DNA of 57,097 nucleotides, filler included, from Asterionella formosa (lineage: Eukaryota), in assembly GCA_002256025.1 (NCBI GenBank). It is 4 parts of 4 records of this genome, joined end to end, with 100 filler letters (N's around TTAATTAATTAA, not from the genome) between each part and the next. Parts side by side here need not be neighbours in the genome. Positions count along the whole stretch, not along the records: positions 42,906 to 57,097 come from NKIB01006165.1; 3 more parts are not named here. The stretch is one strand, 5' to 3'. The notes below the pieces were generated by a model. It did no database searches, was not told the origin of the DNA, and saw nothing but the letters and a program-made list of their open reading frames with translations. Shown piece by piece: positions 47,323 to 57,097 of this stretch; position 1 is the stretch's first letter; each line of letters opens with the position of its first letter. A program made the position numbers and the translations under genes.

Positions 47323-48828
47323 GAAGTTGAAAATCGTGAAGTAACAATAATACCGTGAATTATGTCAATGTCATGCTCATGCCAAGAATGTGACTATTTT
47401 ACAGAAAGAAATCATGGAGTTGTCTATTATTAAATGCAGCAATTCGAAATCTATGAAAATCGCTAATCAACAGATTGAAACCACCCCTTCATCCAACAAC
47501 CAACAAGTGTTACACAAAGCATCTGATGCCAATATAAAACAAGCGCTGCAACAGCAATACCATCTATGAAATCAAGGAAAAGATTTCTTTCCCAAAGCGC
47601 CCACTTGCTACTGTTCCAGATGATCTCACTGCCAAGAACCAAAACCAGCTCGAATGATAATCACATCTATGAAGTCATATAAAATAGATTTTTAGCATGA
47701 TATTTCATTACTTTGTTACTTCAATGGCAATTAAAAATTTCATAAATTTTCTTCTAGTAAATGAAAACATAAAAATTTGAAGGCAATCGATAATTTCATA
47801 AATTTTCTTGTTTTAGTAGAAGAAAGGAACAAAATCACCAATTTTACCCCCTTCCCCTGACATATACTACCCTTGGGCATACTTATGCAAGATTGCAATT
47901 TCCCAACGTAGAATGCAGATTACTAAGAGAATAATAACTATTGAAATAGAGATAATCCCCAAAGCTACTAAGATCCAATCATTACTTTATTCACTACATT
48001 TTCCTGCACACCTGTTTCTTCAAAATTCCTTAATTCATGTAATCTGATGAAAAGCCAACTAGTTTTACCTACCAATGGCTTATGAATTTAACATTTTATT
48101 AATTTGTTCATACATTTTGCAGATTTCCTTAGCACATCCACAAGCATTTGTGTATTCTTTCATACACTTGCACATTTTTTGGGACTTACTATCTTGAGGA
48201 TAACATATCATATCTTTAGCTTGTTGCCAACTCATTTTTCTGGAATTTTCTAAAGTTCCATCAAGTATGACTTGTCGCTTTTCATTCCAATATGGGCAAA
48301 TGAATACCTCATTGTTTTGGACACCATATCTTTCTTGAGGGATTAAGTAAATCTTATCAATTCTTCCATTCCCTGAAAATATATTGCCATGGTCAGTCAC
48401 TGCTTGTATTTTCCTCATCCAATTTTCATTTGTAGATAGGGAAGCATGACACCAAAACTATCATGTGGGTTACTCACACATTAGCTAGAATTGGACTATC
48501 CATCATGGCCTATATTAATTTCAACCCTTTTCTATATTATACCTGATCCTGACAGGCAGGGAGGGAGCAAATGATGAGCCAACAAGTCATCATCTGTCTG
48601 ACATTGCCTTACATTACTCGAATCTGTCCATAAAAACCCAAATTTTAACACTTTTGAAACCATCAGTTTGAACTTTTGCGTCATTACAGAAACGATTTGT
48701 TAAAACTAAGCAAAGTGATTGTACACACTTGAATAGCAGGATTAGCGTCAATGATGGTGACAAAGGAGCTTCAGTATAGGTTCGACATCCCAAATGTTGG
48801 TCTAGTTACTCAACATTCACTTGCCTTC

Positions 48829-51530
48829 TTAGTCTTTCGATTTCTTCAGCATCTCTGTTGCTGCTAGCTCAGCTGAAAAGGCAGCATGCTTTCCAGCATA
48901 TGTAGTGGTTCGCTTGACGGCCTGGCGAGTAATGAGGTAATAATTTTTTACGCAATACCCTAGTGCACGTCCCAAAATTATGAGCCACATTAACTTGGCA
49001 AATACTTTGCCAGGAGAGAGTTGCATTTCAGACCATGGCGTTGCTGCATTCCATTTGAAGATAGGTTTCATCCCACGAAAGTTTGCCATACCGTGAACTA
49101 TTACAGCCGGAAGGAGCATCTGCCACAGAGGCATGTTGACGCCTAGAACATCGCGTTTGGCGAGAGCTAATGCTGTCATGGTCCCACAAAGTTCATGAAT
49201 CGGAAAAATTCCCCGACACAAGGCAAAAAACGACTTGTTCGTATGAGATGCTTTCGTGTACATGAGGATTCGTCGTGCACTGTCACACAGCTTCAAACCC
49301 ATACTTGCTGCCAGCATTTGGGTCACGTAACTGTTAATATTGCACACATCCTGATCTCCTGGACCCCGTGGCAATGCTTCCGCTACAATTCGTTTCTTCT
49401 TGCTCTTGCTCGACTTTTTGACCACCCATCGAAAGTTTCTGGGAAGATTAACACTCCATTGAAGCATCTTTAGCTTGACATACTCTTCAATGAAGGGGCT
49501 TGCCACACATGTTGTCAAGAAGTCAGCTGCGAAGAGAGTTATTCTTTGAGGCATATAACCCGTTTCTCGAATCACCCAAGGCACTACCAATGATGGAATC
49601 TCAGGTGAAAGCTTGAATATTGCAGGTTCCCACAAAGCAAATACACCGATTCGAATTAACGTGGTCGAGAAAACCTCCAATATGAATGCAAGTACGTAGC
49701 CGATAGTAAAGGATTGGTAAAATGTCGTCACAGCATCATTAATATCATTTCGCTTCGTGTCAAAGACTAAAAGGAAGTAAATCATTGGAGCAATGAAGGC
49801 CAATGGCACAATTCGCATGTTTTGACTGAACTTTTTGTTATAGTCAACCAGCTCAAGAGTTCGCGGCGACACAGCACAGTAACATAGGAGAACAACACTA
49901 ACGACAAGAATGGAAATCTTTTGCAGCGAGTCAAAATTGATTTTTGCTATGGCCTCAGCGAGCGACAATGGCTTGAAACACAAAGTGCATGAGCAGAATG
50001 GCATAGCATCTGTCAAATAAAAACACTGTATACCTCTAAATAACGTACCGTTTCAATAGCGACTTCCATTTGCGCCTCCAGGGGCAATATAGCAACATTC
50101 GACAAGTGGTTTATTGGCAGTGTATCCTGTTCAAACTGCGAAAGTCTTGGGTTGTTGTAGTTTGTGGCTGGATACATTGAAGCTGCAGATTGAGGTTGAA
50201 AGGGTCGTTGTGGATATAGTGGATATGGCCGATACGGCATGTTGGTCGCTTGTGCGGCCCAGGAAGAAAACTGAGCAGCCATCATTTGCTGCTGTTGAGA
50301 AGTATAATGACCGTATGGAGGATATGGCATAAATTGATTTTGTGGATATGGTATATATGGAGGAGGTCCCATCTGCATTGGGTCTGGGAGTGGAGGAGGG
50401 TAAGGAGGATACTGTCCAGGATATTGTTGATACTGTTGTTGTTGCTGCTGCTGCTGCTGTTGTTGCTGTGCAAACGGAGGCAGTGGAGGCTGTTGTTGCT
50501 GCTGCAGCTGTTGCTGTGAATTAATCCTCGGCCTCGGAAGTGAATGTTGCTGCTGCGGCTCAGAGTAGTCCATGACTCCATCTGTAGCATCTTCAGCATC
50601 ACTGAGATATACTGACAAATTGGGCAATGTGTATCCCAATCCATCATCCGTTCCACTTTCTGCATCTGCATCGTCATCCGACGATCCCCCTTGTTGTTGT
50701 AGATGATGTTCAAGGCGTCTTCGTTCTTCTTGAACTCTACGTAACCGTTCTTGTTGTTTCTTGTATTTAATTCTGTCCTTGCTTGTCCAAAGCTTGTCTA
50801 TTTCCGACTGTTCTGATTTTGAATGCTGCGGTGGTGATGGTGGTAATAGGAATGGTTGAGCTGGTGGTACCTCATTAGGAATGTGTTCTGACACTGTATC
50901 GAAGCCAGGTTCCCAAACCCCGGAGTCATCTTCTGCCGAATCATCCCCGGGCATGTCAAGTTGTTCTGAAATGTGTTTCATGTGCAATGCAGTGGTTTCT
51001 ATTTTCGGCAGAACATCATGCTCATTCGATCTGTGTGGAGCCGTTGTCATATAGTCTGTCTCGTCTAACATAGCCTGCAATTTTTTGAGCGTCCTAAGAG
51101 GACGTGATGGATGAGCTGCTATTGGTATCATGTTGCGATGCTGTTGCACGTCTGCAGGATGTTCCCGATCTCCAAGTTGTGGTTCGTCTTCCGAAACATG
51201 TGATGGCGTTGTCTCATCGGTACTGTCAGTCTGATCCCTTCGTTGCGTAGATCGGAATGTCTGAGTTTCATAAATAGAGGTATTCGTTGCTTCCGTATCA
51301 GAGGAGCTTGATTCCAACTCGTCGGATGAGTTCGATGCGGCGGCAAGCTCAAGTGAACCTGTTTTCCAAGGAGTGGAAGGTGATTTGTCGGTAGCATACG
51401 TCGAAGGCAACGTGCCAGGAAATCCCGTTGCAACCACTAGGTACGTGCTGTTCGATAGGAATATTGTTAGGAGCAAGGCGACACCTTTTGTTTGATGATA
51501 AGTGGTTGCTCTGGGTAGTGATCGCTTCAT
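48829..51530 (-). CDS. PrsW-like intramembrane metalloprotease with long disordered Q/P/Y-rich N-terminal region (2 exons)
   Basis: Exon 1 51530-50049, 77-nt GTACGT..AAG intron, exon 2 49971-48829 in frame. Multi-TM domain with ASPFIEEYVKL, RGIFPIHEL and LLPAVIVHGMANF (EE/H/H motifs of the PrsW/CPBP clan). N-terminal signal-like segment. Confidence 0.75.
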
Positions 51531-51954
51531 GACTACCGGTACCAATTATAGGCTGGCTTGTTCTCGTTTTTTTCTCGCTTTCTCTCTCTTTCTCCTCTCT
51601 CTGTCTTTCTATTTTGTTATGCATCAGTGTACTGCTAAACGACAAGTAACTCAAGTAACTCAAAGGACCAACAAGGTTAATACCGGCATGCAGAGATCAA
51701 ACAGCAGTTCTACCTGGGAGCAGACCAAGTCGAAGTAGAAGACGAACAAGAACTGCCGTTGGCACCTGGTACCTGGTACTACCAGTTAATTGGGTCACTG
51801 CTACCGGTACCTTGCTTGTAATCGCGCCGCCGTTACTGTGTCGTTCTTGTTATTCCACCACACCATCACCGTGGGCGTTCAGGATATTGCTGGTACCCTG
51901 GTACCAGTATCTGTTACTCTGGGACCCGTAGCACATGCTACCTGGTACCTACCA

Positions 51955-52040
51955 GCAGATTGAGATCATTTTGCTTAAATCAACAATAATCTGGGATAAA
52001 AATAGCTAAATCTTTAGTATAGCAAAGTTGCTGCAACTTT
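51955..52040 (-). mobile_element. ~90-bp MITE-like dispersed repeat, copy C (inverted)
   Basis: tcattttgcttaaatcaacaataatctgggataaaaatagctaaatctttagt aligns with the reverse complement of copy B. Confidence 0.6.
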
Positions 52041-52676
52041 TTCAGGTATCATGATCGTGCTGGCATGATATATCATCTGCTACCAGGGGTAACAGGGACC
52101 TGGTATAGAAACCGGTGTGTCGGTCAGCCAACGACAGCAAGAAGGACGCATGAGCGACTTTCATACATGTCATACATATACGGTATGATAATGTAGAGTA
52201 AATTTTGTTCCGACGTACTCCGGTACCAACAACATTTTACGAGCTCCAGACCGCAATATGGCGCGCCATATCATACACTCAAAAACAAGCAATGTCTACC
52301 GGTGCATATGTCCACACAGAGGATAGACTAATAAAATATATATGATAAAATATAAAATAAAATTCTATTTGTGGAGTAATCATACCGGTAGTGAACAAAA
52401 GTGTATGTTGCATACTGCCCCTACATAAAAAGCACGCACATGCATTCGTTCACTGCCTCCAGCCCAGCAAGAAACAAAAATCACTTTGTATAATCACAGC
52501 ATAAGTAGGGTTTCGGTACACGCCACTGTTGCTCACTCCAAATCCTTTGTAGTTGGAGCAGTACGTCTCATTTCGTTTCACCTCAAGGCACTGTTCGTTT
52601 CCGCAAGACGAATCGTTTGCGCAACTCACAAACGATAATTCGCTCATACTGCAGCAAGCTGAGATTCAAGAGCGTC

Positions 52677-54369
52677 ATGACTGACATTGCTGCAGTAGTG
52701 GCGGCAGCAGCCAACTCACGAGGCATTGGATACAAAGGTCAACTGGTAAGGCTTCCACACTCATCTTTGGGGGTGTTGCATGTATGGACTAAGTGCTGTA
52801 CTCAAGGACTGGACCAACTGACACACAACCGCGCGCACACAGCCTTGGAGACTCCCTGGGGACATGGCTCACTTCAAACGAGTCACAACGGAGGCACCGT
52901 CTCCAGAGACGATTAACGCTGTCATTATGGGACGCAAGACATGGGACAGCATTCCCTCAAAATTCCGACCTCTCGAAGGTCGCACCAATGTTGTCTTGAC
53001 TCGATCGGCCACTAGGGAATACCCTGAAGGCGTCATGGTGGCATCCTCGTTGCAAGATGCAATCCAACAGTTGGAGCAGGCGGAACATCTTGGCCATGTT
53101 TTCATTATTGGAGGGGCGCAAGTATACGAAGAGGCCATTCAATGTGGACTAGTGAATAAGGTTATTTATACAGAAATAGACCACATTCCTCTTGACAACT
53201 GCAAGTTCGATGCGTTTTTCCCGACTCTTGCTAAGGGAGACTGGACTTGTCAGGACTTTCGTACCGGCGACAAGGAAAATACACCCCACAAGCAGAACGA
53301 CGATCAGATTCATATCGACACCGATAGCGGCCTGACCTTTAAATTCTTAGAATACACTCGTATTCCCAAGCCAGCCGAAGGCGCACATATAAATCCAGAG
53401 GAGATGCAATATTTGGAATTGTGTCGGGATATTATTGAGAATGGGGTAAGTCTCCGCGATGGCGCATGCACACTTGTTCTGCTTTTTATTAAAACCTTGC
53501 TCTGTTTCATAATAATTGTTTTTAATCCTACTTCGAATTCGTTTCGACAGATCAAACGCGGTGATCGCACTGGAACGGGTACCCTGTCCAAGTTCGGAAC
53601 CCAAATGCGATTTTCCCTGCGGGACGGTACTCTTCCACTCCTCACCACCAAGCGCGTCTTTTGGAGAGGCGTGGCGGAAGAGTTGCTATGGTTCATTTCC
53701 GGAAATACCAATGGTAACGACTTGGCAAATAAGGATATTCACATATGGGACGGGAACGGCTCCAGGGAGTTTCTCGATCAACGTGGATTGGGACATCGTG
53801 AGGTGGGCGATTTGGGGCCTGTCTATGGCTTTCAATGGCGACATTTTGGGGCTAAATATGTTGATATGCACACCGATTACAATGGCAAGGGAGTCGACCA
53901 GCTGGCCGAGTGCATTGACAAAATCAAAAACAACCCAGAAGATCGTCGAATCATTTTGTCGGCTTGGAATCCTGCTGATCTGAACGAAATGGCGCTGCCT
54001 CCTTGTCATATGTTTTGTCAGTTTTATGTCGACACTGAAAGGGGTGAACTATCTTGCCAAATGTACCAACGAAGCGCCGATATGGGACTTGGTGTTCCTT
54101 TTAACATTGCGTCCTATGCTCTGTTGACACACATGATGGCTCAAGCCTGTGGACTCAAGCCGGGGGAGTTTGTTCACACCCTTGGAGATGCTCATGTTTA
54201 CAGTAATCATGTCGAAGCACTCAAGGAGCAACTCACTCGCCTACCTCGAGCATTCCCTAAAATCAAGATTAATCCCGACAGGAAGAGTATTGATGACTTC
54301 GTCTTCGAGGACTTTGAGGTGATTGGTTACAATCCTCAAAAGAGTATCAAAATGACCATGGCTGTGTAA
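52677..54369 (+). CDS. DHFR-TS: Bifunctional dihydrofolate reductase-thymidylate synthase (3 exons)
   Basis: Exons 52677-52745, 52843-53445 and 53551-54369. DHFR motifs [34 protein letters not shown] and [11 protein letters not shown] motifs [24 protein letters not shown] and [18 protein letters not shown]. Confidence 0.97.
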
Positions 54370-54472
54370 ACGTTCTTATTCGTTTAGTTTGTAGTTTTTG
54401 TTCCTTTGCTTGAGTCTAGACTTTATTTCTTATTTTGTCTATTGCTTCTTCGTATATATTGCAAAAGCCAGA

Positions 54473-55657
54473 TTAGATTGTTTCGTCGACAGCGCTCTGC
54501 AGTGCCTCGACAATGGTGGGATGTTGGAATTTGAATCCACTCTTGAACAATTTACCAGGAATGGCGCGAACCCCGCCTAGTAGCATCTCATCCCCCATCT
54601 CCCCAAAGAGAGTCGACACGATGAAGCCAGGAAGCGGTAGAATAGTAGGTCTACCCAGGACCTTGCCGAACGCCGATGTAAATTCAGCATTTGAGCACGG
54701 AGTAGGGGCACATACATTGACAGGGCCGTTGAGTGACGGTGTTTCCAAAATATGCACGAAAGCACGAGCAGCATCCCTAGCAGAAATAAAAGTGAAGTAT
54801 TGTCGACCTGATCCAACATTTCCACCGCCACCCAGGAAAAAGATCGGATACAGCTTACCGAGCGCGCCACCATTCTTGGACATGACTACCCCCAATCTAG
54901 CATTTACAACACGGTTCTTTCCTGCAGCTTGAGTGGCACCCTCCCAGGCTCTCGAAATCTCAGCCAAGAAACCAGTAGTTCTGGAAGTGTCCATGGATTC
55001 ATCCACAGGTTGCTTTTCATCTCCAATGTAGTCGCCTCCATAGACGCCAACTCCAGAGGCAGCCACGAACGTGGTGGGTGTCTTACACGCTGCAATCGCC
55101 TTGGCCAAAGCTTCGGTGGGTCCAACTCGAGAATTAAATATTTCCGCCTTTTTTTCACGTGTCCATGGTCGAATCCCAAGGAAACCAAGTGGCCCCATCC
55201 CAGTGGCAACGTTTTCACCGGCCAAATGTACAATTGCGTCAATGTCCGCAAGGGCCGCAAGGTCCACAACATTTTCTCCGTCAAGTCCCTTTGGGTTCCA
55301 TGGCAATGAAACAATAGATTCGTCGCCAAGTTGGCTGTCTTGAAGCGACTCACTTCGGGTCAGCTTAACAATCCGAATGGGCTTGCCGTTGAGCGATTTC
55401 TGATTTCCTAGCTCATCGATGATAGCTGTACCCAACAAGCCAGAAGATCCGGTGATCCCAACGGTATAGAACTTTGAGTATTCCTTTGCCCCTCCCGCCA
55501 CCGATGAAAAGGCTCTGGTCAAGTCGTCTACGAGCGACATGGACAACTTGGAACGTTTGCTGGTGATTCCACTGGTGCTCACAAAGCTATTCGCCAGTCT
55601 CAGTCTCGGTGAGAGGAAGAGGGCCCAAGACATGATCATAGAGAACTGAACATGCAT
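54473..55657 (-). CDS. SDR39U1: TIGR01777/SDR39U1 (YfcH-like) NAD-dependent epimerase family protein, probably plastid-targeted
   Basis: GITGSSGLLG Rossmann motif, IVHLAGENVA, PWT..KKAEIFNSRVG, GFLAEISRAWE, GGALGKL and DUF1731-like tail (PGKLFKSGFKFQHP). N-terminal ANS|F presequence. Confidence 0.9.
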   Translation of the reverse strand: MHVQFSMIMSWALFLSPRLRLANSFVSTSGITSKRSKLSMSLVDDLTRAFSSVAGGAKEYSKFYTVGITGSSGLLGTAIIDELGNQKSLNGKPIRIVKLTRSESLQDSQLGDESIVSLPWNPKGLDGENVVDLAALADIDAIVHLAGENVATGMGPLGFLGIRPWTREKKAEIFNSRVGPTEALAKAIAACKTPTTFVAASGVGVYGGDYIGDEKQPVDESMDTSRTTGFLAEISRAWEGATQAAGKNRVVNARLGVVMSKNGGALGKLYPIFFLGGGGNVGSGRQYFTFISARDAARAFVHILETPSLNGPVNVCAPTPCSNAEFTSAFGKVLGRPTILPLPGFIVSTLFGEMGDEMLLGGVRAIPGKLFKSGFKFQHPTIVEALQSAVDETI

Positions 55658-55884
55658 GTTTGAGTCTCTAAACTGTGTCCTGCTTCACAGCGCCAAGGAC
55701 GACGACCACATCAGACACACTCCATGATGCACTTGAGTAAGGATGCTGCTGACTTGCGTCGAGTATACTGGAGGACAGAAGGCCTGATGATGAGCGACCA
55801 GGAGGTTCGTGTTTTCACAATGATTGAGTCAGACGAGGATGTCGGTTCACAGCTGCATGCCTAATACATACACATTATTGACGA

Positions 55885-56122
55885 AATTCTACCAAAGTAG
55901 TATTTTTCTGCAGGGCTCCGGTAGTGTTCTACTCTGGACAGGTCAATACTGTCCGGTACCCCTCCCTTGCTTGACCGTGGTGAAAATATGGTATAGACAA
56001 AGGCAAAAATTCTACCCAGTAGTACTGGGGGTAGAATTTTTTTTCACATTTTGGTAGAATATTCTACCAACGGACCAATGGAACCCTGCAGTATGCCATG
56101 GTATTTTCCAAGAAATTCTACC
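55885..56122. repeat. Clustered ATTCTACC motifs and palindromes upstream of the tyrosine recombinase
   Basis: ATTCTACC/GGTAGAAT occurs six times. Perfect 20-bp palindrome ttggtagaatattctaccaa at 56051-56070 and near-perfect palindrome at 56005-56040. Confidence 0.8.
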
Positions 56123-56178
56123 ACGATACAACATGGTATGAAATGGGATTGAAGTAAAAAATTAAACTAAATATCAAC

Positions 56179-57097
56179 ATGGCGACAATGCCAACAAGAA
56201 GAGTAAATGAACCTACACAATCCCCTGTTTACAAGAGTGTCCTAATTGCTATGATGTCATACAGAGATGGCATAGAATATTCTAAAAGCTACGAGTTTAG
56301 TCCAGAGGAACTTGGGGAAGTTACACCTGAGGATGTCTACAAATGGATGGCTATGAAAGTCTATGGCCGTCCTGATCCAAACAATGATGACAATCCAACA
56401 CATGGCCGGTCTTCTTCCCTGGAATACTACAAAAAGGCATTGTCGTATTTTATGCCAAATCGACTCTCCACTTGGAATGCTATTATGCACAGTGGCAATC
56501 CAACAAGGTCTGTGCCTGTCAATAATCTCATCAAGGCAGTAAAAAAGAAGGAAGTGCGCAGACAAGGGAAACCATCACAAGCAAGGCGACCCCTAGAATC
56601 CCAAGAGTTCTCCAGTACAATGCATATCCTTCATTCATTCAAGGACAGTATTCATCGGTATCAGTTGCCTGCACTATGTGTCTTTCAATTCCACATGGTC
56701 GGCCGAATTGACGATTGTGTGCAATTAACAAAAATAAACCTAACTGCGAATCTTCGATTTCCTTTCACTCTGATGGCCAAGCTGTGTTGGACAAAAAACG
56801 CTAAAGAAGAGAGGGAGGCACCAAACCAGGTACTCATTGCATCCATGTCGCAAGACTATTGCGTTCTCCTTGCCTTGGCTGTTCATCTTGAGACAGAATG
56901 TATGGAACAAGGCGCATCACCTGAAAATCCATGGGTGTTTTCGCTACAAACCAACAATCCATCAAATGCTAAAAGAAAGGCCTATACAATTCTGCGTGAT
57001 GATGTATGGGAAAGTAGTGAGTTCAAACGAATGAACAATGGTTTGATTGGCACACACAGCCTTCGGAAGTACCCATCAACACATGCACGTCGAAATG
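56179..57097 (+). mobile_element. Crypton (CryptonS-type) tyrosine recombinase ORF, uninterrupted, runs off window end
   Basis: 306 open codons translated by hand: SSSLEYYKKALSYFMPN, GNPTRSVPVNNLIKAVKKKEVRRQG, QFHMVGRIDD (catalytic Arg), LCWTKNAKEE (Lys) and GTHSLRK (HxxR). Absent from the ORF track because no stop is reached. Confidence 0.85.

Noticed and set aside
48080..48418. 112-aa AT-rich minus-strand ORF
   Set aside because: No recognisable motif or gene structure. Possibly a relic but unsupported.
52864..54369. DHFR-TS with a transmembrane insertion and truncated N-terminus as in the ORF track
   Set aside because: Explained by a canonical in-frame intron (53446-53550) and an upstream exon starting at 52677.
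1..57097. tRNA, rRNA or other structured RNA genes
   Set aside because: None recognised by eye. tRNAscan-SE and Infernal/Rfam would be needed to exclude them.

Overview
Eukaryotic, most likely diatom, genomic DNA: short GT-AG introns, bipartite plastid-targeting presequences, RXL propeptide motifs and a bifunctional DHFR-TS. The window is not one locus. It is four roughly 14.2-kb scaffolds (1-14212, 14313-28518, 28619-42805, 42906-57097) joined by artificial 44N-TTAATTAATTAA-44N linkers, and scaffold 1 also has three internal N gaps. Recognisable genes are an ABCB6/HMT1-type half transporter, NOL9/Grc3, a GH18 chitinase with three hevein (CBM18) domains, a Sec6-domain protein, eIF2D, a PAP/fibrillin protein, a PrsW-like protease, DHFR-TS and an SDR39U1/TIGR01777 epimerase. 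Candidate cell-wall proteins are two silicanin-like proteins and a silaffin-like Lys/Gly-repeat protein. There is also a decaying array of ARM repeats with variable positions. Mobile DNA includes three PIF/Harbinger relics, two relics of one IS630/Tc1-like family, a pogo-like transposase tail, a ~90-bp MITE-like repeat in three copies, and an uninterrupted Crypton-type tyrosine recombinase ORF running off the right edge, which the ORF track misses. The most striking unexplained signal is strong enrichment of the palindromes TACCGGTA and TACCWGGTA in gene-flanking DNA of all four scaffolds. Family assignments rest on motif recognition by eye, and no database searches were run.
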